A stretch of 36,286 nucleotides of DNA from a virus (taxonomy: Duplodnaviria > Caudoviricetes), in the IMG/VR virus record IMGVR_UViG_3300032303_000779, positions 1 through 36,286 of that record, one strand, 5' to 3'. Below the pieces are notes generated by a model. It saw only the letters and a list, made by a program, of their open reading frames with translations, ran no database searches and was not told the origin of the DNA. Shown piece by piece: positions 28,676 to 36,286 of this stretch. Position 1 is the stretch's first letter; the number at the start of each line of letters is the position of its first letter. Position numbers and translations under genes: made by a program.

Positions 28676-29512
28676 ATGCCATTTTTTCACAATCAAACTG
28701 GTATATTTCAAGTTCCTGTCAATGTGACAGGTGGCACTATAACCACAGCAAACATAGATGGCGTGCTGTATAGAATTCATACATTTACCAGCAATGGCAC
28801 ATTGAGTGTAAATCCAGCCTATCAACTCAACACCAACAATGCCAGCATTGCCATGGAATACCTAATAATAGCAGGTGGTGGCAATGGTGGATCCGTAGAA
28901 GGTGGTGGTGGTGGTGGTGGGCAAGTGTTGACCGGCAGTAGAAATTTTATCTATCGCAATTTTACTGTAACAGTCAGCAATGGCAGTAGCAACAGTAGTG
29001 TAACTGGTGTGTCTACTAATTTGGTGGCCTTAGAAGGCGGCGATGGTGGCACAACAGGTGCGAATGGCCAAAATGGTGGCAGTGGCGGTGGCGGTGGATC
29101 TACTGTTGGTGCAACCACAGGCGGAACCGCAACTGGTGGTGGCAACAACGGTGGCGGCAGTTCAAACAGTGTCACTGGTGGTGGTGGTGGTGGTTGGACC
29201 ACAGCAGGACAAAACGCTCCTTCTACCAGTCAGGCAGGCAATGGCGGCACCGGCATATTGATCAATTTCAACGGCACTCCAACCTATTATGGTTCAGGCG
29301 GTGGTGGTGGACGCGGGGCCACCAGCACTACAGGATTTGGCGTTGGTGGCCCCGGTGCCGGCAACGGAGCCACTCGCCAGGTAGTGGCCACTCAGCCTAG
29401 CCAATATGTGGGAGCAGGTGGTGGTGGTGGCAGTGATGCTGGCGGTCAATATGGGCCTAGTCAAGGCGGTTCAGGCGTAGTTATGTTTCGCTATCCGCTA
29501 ATTATTGTATAA
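28676..29512 (+). CDS. Glycine-rich adhesin-like tip protein
   Basis: YRIHTFTSNGT, EYLIIAGGG, polyglycine runs, GGSGVVMFRY; start set at ATG 28676. Confidence 0.7.
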   Translation: MPFFHNQTGIFQVPVNVTGGTITTANIDGVLYRIHTFTSNGTLSVNPAYQLNTNNASIAMEYLIIAGGGNGGSVEGGGGGGGQVLTGSRNFIYRNFTVTVSNGSSNSSVTGVSTNLVALEGGDGGTTGANGQNGGSGGGGGSTVGATTGGTATGGGNNGGGSSNSVTGGGGGGWTTAGQNAPSTSQAGNGGTGILINFNGTPTYYGSGGGGGRGATSTTGFGVGGPGAGNGATRQVVATQPSQYVGAGGGGGSDAGGQYGPSQGGSGVVMFRYPLIIV

Positions 29513-29524
29513 CAAGGAACAAAC

Positions 29525-31186
29525 ATGGCACAAACATTTACCGAAGTTAAAACACCCTTTGTCAACATGAGTTTTACTCCTGATGTGCCCAGTGCGGCCC
29601 TGGCTGGCACAGAATACAACGCAGGTCAAAATGTAGAAACTGACACACGCGGTATTAGATCAGTGCTGGGTGATGAAACAATATTAAATGCTATTCAAGG
29701 CACACCAATTTATATCACAGGTGGCTATAGAGATCAAGATGTGTGGTGGTATATTGTTGCTACCAACACAGGTCGTTGGTGGAGAATAAATGAATCTGGC
29801 ACAGCAGTAGAATGTGGTCCAAATTTAACACCATTGTCAGGTTACAGCGACACTACCAGTATTACTGAAGCTTGGTCGGGCACTACCTTGTTGATCAACG
29901 ATGGTCTACATCCCCCTATGTATTTGCTGGGTGATGCCAGTGAGTTTGAACAATACAGCAATGATCCTGCTGGTCCTGGACCTATATGGAATTACAATCC
30001 TGATTGGTCAGCACTTACCGCACAATTCATGCGTATCTACAACAGTCCCAATGTGGGCAGTTTGTTAATTGCTGGTAATCTAAGAAGCGTTGATGCCAGC
30101 ACAAGTCAAGTCGACAATTATCCAACCACAGTGCGTTGGAGTCGAGTATTTCCTGCACTAGGAGCAGTGCCACAAAGTTGGCAACCAACCCTAAACGATG
30201 TAGCCAACGAATTAGAAGTGCCTGTGCGTGGTCCTGTGGTAGATGGCTTTCCTGCCAATGGTAATTTTTATGTGTGCAGTTATTGGGACACAGTGGTTTT
30301 TAGTCCATTGAATTTTACTTCAACCACAGCACCTGTGTTGGGTGTGCGTTTGATGAATCAAGGTCGCGGTCTTTTAAATCAAAACTGCTGGGCCAATGCC
30401 GACAACACAGTGTATGGCCTAGATGCCAGAGACATTTGGGTGTTTGATGGCAACAACTTCAAGAGCTTGGGCAATCAGCGTGTAAGAAACTATTTCTTTG
30501 ACAACCTGAATCCAGAATATAGTGATCGAGTGTTTGTGGTCAACAACACCAGACGCAATCAAATTGAAATTTATTATCCAGACATGACATCAACTGGTTG
30601 GTGCAACAAGATGTTGAGTTATCGTTATGATTTGGACATATTCAATCCGCCTAGAGATGTCAGTTCGGCCAGTCATGCCACAGAAGGTCCACGGTATGTA
30701 ACATTGCCTGACAGCACAGAAGCATTTGACAAAGCATCAAGAACTATTGTTTACAGTCGTGGTGTGGCCAATACTGCTATTGTGCAAAAAGACACAGGAA
30801 CCACATTTTTAAACAATCAACCAATTGTGAGTCAGTTCCGCAGAGACAACATTAGTCTTGGATTAAAATACAGTCAACAGGCCCTGTTACATCGCATCCT
30901 ACCAGAAGTGGTCAATATTGATCAAGCAGGCATACCCATTGAAGGTGTGGGTAATATCACAGTCCGCATAGGCGGAACCAACAGTGTGGGAACCACAGTT
31001 GAAGATCAACCCAATGGATTTCAAACACCCGTCACTATGCCCGTTGCTACACAAAATCCCTGGACACAGATCAATCAAAACGCACACAGAGTTGTCACAA
31101 TAGAACTCAACAACTCTAGCACCACAGACACTTGGCAATGCACTGCTGTCAACTGGCAGTTTACTCCAACAGAGGATTCTAGATAA
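29525..31186 (+). CDS. Tail nozzle / tubular protein B (P22 gp10-like)
   Basis: 553 aa beta-propeller-like, TVRWS motif, podovirus synteny. Confidence 0.7.
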   Translation: MAQTFTEVKTPFVNMSFTPDVPSAALAGTEYNAGQNVETDTRGIRSVLGDETILNAIQGTPIYITGGYRDQDVWWYIVATNTGRWWRINESGTAVECGPNLTPLSGYSDTTSITEAWSGTTLLINDGLHPPMYLLGDASEFEQYSNDPAGPGPIWNYNPDWSALTAQFMRIYNSPNVGSLLIAGNLRSVDASTSQVDNYPTTVRWSRVFPALGAVPQSWQPTLNDVANELEVPVRGPVVDGFPANGNFYVCSYWDTVVFSPLNFTSTTAPVLGVRLMNQGRGLLNQNCWANADNTVYGLDARDIWVFDGNNFKSLGNQRVRNYFFDNLNPEYSDRVFVVNNTRRNQIEIYYPDMTSTGWCNKMLSYRYDLDIFNPPRDVSSASHATEGPRYVTLPDSTEAFDKASRTIVYSRGVANTAIVQKDTGTTFLNNQPIVSQFRRDNISLGLKYSQQALLHRILPEVVNIDQAGIPIEGVGNITVRIGGTNSVGTTVEDQPNGFQTPVTMPVATQNPWTQINQNAHRVVTIELNNSSTTDTWQCTAVNWQFTPTEDSR

Positions 31187-32947
31187 ATGGGAACATTTGC
31201 TGTTACTAACGACAATGAGGTAATGTCTGCGGTAAATTATCTCTTAAGCAATCAAGGACAAGGCACTGGCAATGGCAATGTAGTAATTCCAGGTAATGTG
31301 TTAGTAGCCAATACTGCCACAGGTGCTGTGACTCAATATGGCAATACCGATGTGTTGTTTTATAAAAATCAATTTATTAATTTAAGATATTCAAACAATG
31401 CCACCGGCACTGCTGGGTTTAGTCCCAGCAGTGACAATTACAATTATTTTGGAGTTTATAATAGTTCTACATCAACTCCATCTACCAATCCGGCAGCCTA
31501 TCAGTGGACACAGGTCAGTCCTGGGTTTAATTCTGCTTCAAGTAGAACACTGTATTACAGTTCAATAGGTGGTCGTCAAATTGTATTTGCGGCTGCTAGT
31601 AGTCCGCCTAGTAGTGCGTTTGTTGTGAGCACTGCCAATGTGGCCATAGATCTTGACATTGTAACAACTGCCAACGGAACACCGGGCAGTCGTGGTCCTA
31701 TTCCAATGGGTTATGTGATTACCACAGCCAATCCTGGGAACGCTTCAACTTCAACCCTGACCGGTTGGTTTGAAGCCAGCAGAACTGCCAACACACCTCC
31801 AATTGGAACCGGACTAACACCAGTAGATGGGGACACTGCTTATTTTGCGTATCCTACTACCGGTGCCAGTAGCACATTTACCTACAACGGTAGCACCTGG
31901 ATCAGTGCAGTAGGACAAGTTGTGTCAGGTAATACCTTGGTGGCCAACACAGTTACAGGCACTAGTCTGGCACCCAGCACCATAACTGGTGACAAGATCA
32001 CTGGCAATACCATAACTGGCAACTTGATTGTGGCCAGCACAATTACCGGCAATTTGATAGCAGCCAACACCATAACTGGCAACACTATCCAGTCCAACAC
32101 CATTACCAGCAACAACATTGCAGCCAACACCATTGTGGCCAACAACATAGCTACTGGCACGCTGACCACCAATCTGTTTACAGCCAACACCATTCAAGGC
32201 AATGTTATTTTGGCCGGCACTATCACAGCAGAACAGTTGGCAGCCAACGTGCTCATAGCCAACACAGTAATATCAACTGGTGCCACAATTGGTAATTTCA
32301 ACAGTTCAGGTTTTTGGTTGCAAGGTTCAACAGGCAATGCTCGCTTTGGCAACACAGTCAGCATTGGTAATCAACTTACCGTGGGCAACAATGCCACCAT
32401 AGGTGGTAATTTAACAGTGACAGGTTTGATCAGTGGCGGCGGATTAAATTCCAACACAGTATCAACCAACACAGTAGTGCCATTAAGCATCAGTAGTGGT
32501 GCGGGCGTGACCACTGAATCTAGTCAAATATTTTCAAACTTGGCACAAAATACTATTGTTAGTTCTAATTTGACATTGGATTTTACCACAACAGAAAACA
32601 ATCAACCTTTGTTTGTGTTTGCTGGCGTTCAAGCTGGCGTTCAATTTACAACCATTTCTGGTAGTGTGGATGTAACTGGATTTTTCTATCTACGCAGAAC
32701 AAATCTCAGCACTGGAGTTATAACTTCTTTGTTTGATCAGATATTTGACGTAAACAATGTGACCACAGCAGATGGTAGCACAGCATTCTTTTATCCAACC
32801 TGGACCGGAGTGGCTGACACAGTTCCTGCTGCAGGCACCTATAGATATAGCATTGCTTTTCAATATGGAAAGACTGGCACCACCAGTGGATCTACTATCT
32901 TTTATTTCTTAGGAAGAACCTGGTTGGTTCAAACACTCAAACGATGA
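31187..32947 (+). CDS. Tail spike/fibre with 10-aa (NTITGNLIAA-like) repeats
   Basis: Beta-helix-type repeats in the middle; followed by a chaperone gene. Confidence 0.65.
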   Translation: MGTFAVTNDNEVMSAVNYLLSNQGQGTGNGNVVIPGNVLVANTATGAVTQYGNTDVLFYKNQFINLRYSNNATGTAGFSPSSDNYNYFGVYNSSTSTPSTNPAAYQWTQVSPGFNSASSRTLYYSSIGGRQIVFAAASSPPSSAFVVSTANVAIDLDIVTTANGTPGSRGPIPMGYVITTANPGNASTSTLTGWFEASRTANTPPIGTGLTPVDGDTAYFAYPTTGASSTFTYNGSTWISAVGQVVSGNTLVANTVTGTSLAPSTITGDKITGNTITGNLIVASTITGNLIAANTITGNTIQSNTITSNNIAANTIVANNIATGTLTTNLFTANTIQGNVILAGTITAEQLAANVLIANTVISTGATIGNFNSSGFWLQGSTGNARFGNTVSIGNQLTVGNNATIGGNLTVTGLISGGGLNSNTVSTNTVVPLSISSGAGVTTESSQIFSNLAQNTIVSSNLTLDFTTTENNQPLFVFAGVQAGVQFTTISGSVDVTGFFYLRRTNLSTGVITSLFDQIFDVNNVTTADGSTAFFYPTWTGVADTVPAAGTYRYSIAFQYGKTGTTSGSTIFYFLGRTWLVQTLKR

Positions 32948-33369
32948 CCTACACTATCTATGATCCGGCCACTGGCCAAATACTCAGTGTGTTGACCACC
33001 CATGATTTGTTGCAAGCGGAAACAAATCTTGCTGACAAGAGTTATATTGCCGGAGAATATTCTGGCCAACACTATTATATTGAATCAGGCCAAGCAGTTG
33101 AAAAGGCCGAGAAACCCAGTAGATCACATGTATTTGATTACTCTACCAAGACATGGCAATTGGATCAGGTGCACAGTGAGGCACAGGCCAGACGACAAAG
33201 AGATTCAGAATTGTCTGTTGTGGATCGTGTAAATCCTGTTTGGTATGCCAGCCTGACTGCGGATCAACAGGCCGACCTTGTGGCTTATAGACAACAACTG
33301 TTGGCAGTGCCTCAACAGGCTGGCTTCCCAACTGCGGTCGTTTGGCCAGCTAAACCCACATGGTTATAA
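32944..33369 (+). CDS. Tail fibre assembly chaperone
   Basis: AYRQQLLAVPQQAGFPTAVVWPAKP C-terminal signature. Confidence 0.85.
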   Translation: MTYTIYDPATGQILSVLTTHDLLQAETNLADKSYIAGEYSGQHYYIESGQAVEKAEKPSRSHVFDYSTKTWQLDQVHSEAQARRQRDSELSVVDRVNPVWYASLTADQQADLVAYRQQLLAVPQQAGFPTAVVWPAKPTWL

Positions 33370-33377
33370 GGAACCGA

Positions 33378-33383
33378 TAAATA
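33378..33383 (+). promoter_or_regulatory. TAAATA box
   Basis: ATAAATA 5 nt before ATG 33389. Confidence 0.65.
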
Positions 33384-33388
33384 TTACT

Positions 33389-36286
33389 ATGGCCTTAACA
33401 ATTCCAAAAACTTTCTCAGGAACACCTGCCAGTGTCAAAAGCCAGGTAGAATCACTTCTTGGCAAGGCCACTACGCCAGCTGAAGTCAACGCAATAACCC
33501 TAGCGGCACGCAGTAGCAATGCCAAATTTGACAACGCTGTGTTGGTAGCCGCTAACAATAGAATAGCCGCAGCCAAGCCAGCTACACCTGCCAAACCAGC
33601 TACGCCTGCAACGCCTGCCACGCCTGCCAAACCAGCTACGCCTACAACGCCTGCAAATTTGTTTAAACCACCGGATCCCAACACCACAATCAAGAATATC
33701 ATGACTGGCAAAGGTGGATCAGATACCATAACAGATCCAGCCACAGGCAACAAATACAACCTAGTGCCCGAGTCACCTACTACAGCCACTTGGTATGTAA
33801 GCAGGCCAGGTGCCACTACAGCAGATCCAGTCAATGCCAGCACAGGACAGGTTCTGCAGACAGGTGGCACTACTTTGGCCGCCCTGACCAAAAATCGTCA
33901 GAGTTGGTATCAGGCCAATCCTACACAAACAGCCAAAGACGCTGCCGCACAAGCAGAAGCCAACAGATTGGCCAACGAAAAAGCTGCCGCTGAAAAGGCT
34001 GCCGCTGAAAAGGCTGCCGCGGTGCCTAAACCACCACCGCCATTGACCAAAGAACAACAGGCTCGTGCCGCTGAATTACAAAATCAGTTGATGCAGAGCA
34101 AGACTCAAGCAGAATTAGACGCTGTGGTCAAACAGGCTGCAGATCAAAATTTGCCATTGAATCAGGGCTTTGTAGAACGTGCCCAAAATATAGTAAAACA
34201 AACCGAAGCCAGGATTGCGGCTGCGGCTTTGCAGGTCAAAACACAAGATTATGAAACTCAAATTCAAAATGCAACTTCACAAAAACAAATTGATGATTTG
34301 ATAAGCAAAGCTCAAGCTGATGGTGTCACTGTGAATCCCAGTGCAATTCAACGAGCACAGGGTGTTATTCAACAACAACAGGCCACTGCTGATTTTGTAT
34401 CCAAATTAGGGCCAGCTACTGGATTTGTCAACACATTTGGTCCAGGCGGTCAAGAGTTTGTGAGCCGAGCAGATGATCCCATCACAGGTGAAAAAGGTGG
34501 ATGGTTTCAAGTGGTGGGCAACAATCTACAACGAGTTGGCACAGATGGTCGTCCTAGTGGTGCTGTTATACCTGCAGATGAGTTTAACAAACAACAACAA
34601 ACTCAACAGACCAATTACAGCATTTATACCACACAGCAACAACAGGCTGAGGCTGCCGCAAAACTAGCAGAGCAAGTCAAAACATTTGAAGCCAATTTGC
34701 CTCAACCTGGCACTGCTAAATTTGCCAATTTGCTCAACAACCGATTCAATGTAAATGGACCCAATGGTGCTGATTATCAACCAATTCCAGGAGCTGGTGG
34801 CTGGGCAGTAGCCCAAAAAGGAACCAATTCATATACACCTTTGAACAATCCCACAGCACCAGCTCAAACATTGCAGGATATTCAACAAGTTTTTAATGCC
34901 AAATTTGAAGCAGAAGATGCCGCACAAAAAGCGGCTAGGGCACGCCTTGGTGCTGAACAAAAAGCAGCAATGGAACATCCATACATGGACATGTTGGCTG
35001 ACTTTGACAAGTTGGTCAACAAGACTGTTGGTTGGAAAACCATTGCTACCATTGCTGGCAGTGCTGCCTTTGGTCCATGGGGTGCCGCCCTGGCCAATGC
35101 TGCCGCAGGTGCAGTTGCTGGTGAAAGCATAGAAGACATAGCCAAAAGTGCCGCATTGGCCTATGCCATGGCCTATGGCACAGAAGCCTTGGGTGAGGCC
35201 TTGAATGAAACTGTGGCAGCCGGTGTTGAATCAGGTGATATTGATCTTGGTTCAGCTACCGATTATGCTGATGGTGTAGATCAAATACAAACAACTGTTT
35301 CAGATGTTCCTCCTGTATCAGAATTACCAACAGATATAACTGCTCCTGTTGTTCCAGAAGCACCTGTATATGATTATTCAACTCCATTTGAACCAACACC
35401 TGTTGAGCCAACTGTGCCTACAGAAATACCAACTGATACATATACACCTGTTAGTGAAGGTCCACAAGTTCCTGGATCTACACCACAACAACCATACAAT
35501 TTACAAAGCAATGGCATAAGCGATTTGCCAGAAGGAACTGTTATTGGCAATGATGTAGTTATGGCCAATGGTAAAACAGTGCCATTGGATGATTATTTGT
35601 CAGCTATTGAAAGTAATCAACCAATCAGCATTGATGGTAACATGACCACCGGTGGAACTCCAAATGTCGAAGTTCTTCCAGCTCCAGATATTCCAGTTCC
35701 TGAAGCTCCTGTTAGTCCAGCAATGCCAGGTGAAGCACCTCCGCCTGGTTATTTAGGTGACATAAGCAATATTCCAGCTAATGAATTTTCGTCTATGACA
35801 CCAGCCGAGGTTGCAAGTTTAACTTCAGAGCAATTGGCAACATTGAGTCCAGAACAATTGGCTAATATTCCAACTGGTGGTTTAACTTCTGATGAATTAC
35901 TTACTTTGGCTGCCGTTGGCGTTCCGGCCGCTGTTGTTGCTGTTGCTGTTGCAGGCGGTGGTGGAGCGGCAGCCGCTCCAGCTGTGCCCCCTCCAGCTCC
36001 GGTGCCACCAGTTACTACACCACCTGTAGTTGAACCAGTGCCACCTGTAACTACACCACCTGTAGTTGAACCAGTGCCACCTGTAACTACACCACCTGTA
36101 GTTGAACCAGTGCCGCCTGTAACTACACCTCCTGTAGTTGAACCAGTGCCACCTGTAACTACACCACCTGTAACTACACCACCTGTAGTAGAGCCAGTTC
36201 CTCCTACACCACCTGTAACTACACCACCTGTAACTACACCACCTGTAGTAGAGCCAGTTCCTCCTACAACACCTGGAACACCTGGA
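33389..36286 (+). CDS. N-terminal part of the ~1238-aa probable internal virion/ejection protein (continues at 1..859; missed by ORF track)
   Basis: Hand translation from MALTIPKTFSG is open to the window end; PAT/PAK and EKAAA repeats, Gln-rich coils, hydrophobic hairpin (IATIAGSAAFGPWGAALANAAAGAVAG), acidic Pro-rich stalk. Confidence 0.85.
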   Translation, partial: MALTIPKTFSGTPASVKSQVESLLGKATTPAEVNAITLAARSSNAKFDNAVLVAANNRIAAAKPATPAKPATPATPATPAKPATPTTPANLFKPPDPNTTIKNIMTGKGGSDTITDPATGNKYNLVPESPTTATWYVSRPGATTADPVNASTGQVLQTGGTTLAALTKNRQSWYQANPTQTAKDAAAQAEANRLANEKAAAEKAAAEKAAAVPKPPPPLTKEQQARAAELQNQLMQSKTQAELDAVVKQAADQNLPLNQGFVERAQNIVKQTEARIAAAALQVKTQDYETQIQNATSQKQIDDLISKAQADGVTVNPSAIQRAQGVIQQQQATADFVSKLGPATGFVNTFGPGGQEFVSRADDPITGEKGGWFQVVGNNLQRVGTDGRPSGAVIPADEFNKQQQTQQTNYSIYTTQQQQAEAAAKLAEQVKTFEANLPQPGTAKFANLLNNRFNVNGPNGADYQPIPGAGGWAVAQKGTNSYTPLNNPTAPAQTLQDIQQVFNAKFEAEDAAQKAARARLGAEQKAAMEHPYMDMLADFDKLVNKTVGWKTIATIAGSAAFGPWGAALANAAAGAVAGESIEDIAKSAALAYAMAYGTEALGEALNETVAAGVESGDIDLGSATDYADGVDQIQTTVSDVPPVSELPTDITAPVVPEAPVYDYSTPFEPTPVEPTVPTEIPTDTYTPVSEGPQVPGSTPQQPYNLQSNGISDLPEGTVIGNDVVMANGKTVPLDDYLSAIESNQPISIDGNMTTGGTPNVEVLPAPDIPVPEAPVSPAMPGEAPPPGYLGDISNIPANEFSSMTPAEVASLTSEQLATLSPEQLANIPTGGLTSDELLTLAAVGVPAAVVAVAVAGGGGAAAAPAVPPPAPVPPVTTPPVVEPVPPVTTPPVVEPVPPVTTPPVVEPVPPVTTPPVVEPVPPVTTPPVTTPPVVEPVPPTPPVTTPPVTTPPVVEPVPPTTPGTPG
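36005..36270 (+). repeat. Coding tandem repeat, 36-bp unit encoding PPVTTPPVVEPV
   Basis: About four near-perfect units followed by variant units. Confidence 0.92.

Noticed and set aside
22415-32947. Diversity-generating retroelement or invertible fibre cassette
   Set aside because: No reverse transcriptase or invertase, and no template/variable repeat pair seen; similarity between fibres is explained by peptide repeats
16154-35568. Numerous minus-strand and alternate-frame ORFs in the track
   Set aside because: Shadows of long plus-strand genes with biased codons; no RBS or recognisable motifs
36247-36286. Biological terminal repeat of the packaged genome
   Set aside because: Lies mid-gene within a repeat tract; more simply an assembler overlap of a circular or permuted genome

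Overview
The window looks like a complete, circularly assembled podovirus-type genome of about 36.25 kb: the last 40 nt (36247-36286) repeat the first 40 nt. It encodes a full P22-like virion: terminase, portal, scaffold, major capsid, adaptor, nozzle, several Gly/Asn-repeat fibres, a fibre chaperone, ejection proteins with a lytic transglycosylase, and a ~1238-aa repeat protein that spans the assembly junction. It also carries a Dps-like gene. I found no recognisable DNA polymerase, primase, helicase, initiator, integrase, repressor, RNA polymerase/sigma factor or lysis cassette. Almost every transcription unit is preceded by a T4-late-type TAAATA/TAAGTA box with no -35 element, often 5-8 nt before an ATG. 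Only two small genes have consensus host sigma70 promoters. A ~470-nt densely structured non-coding element (about 7160-7630) lies beside a short terminated transcript complementary to its 5' end. Best inference: a virion-complete satellite that depends on a large T4-like helper phage for late transcription, replication and lysis. All calls are by eye from motifs and synteny; no searches were run.
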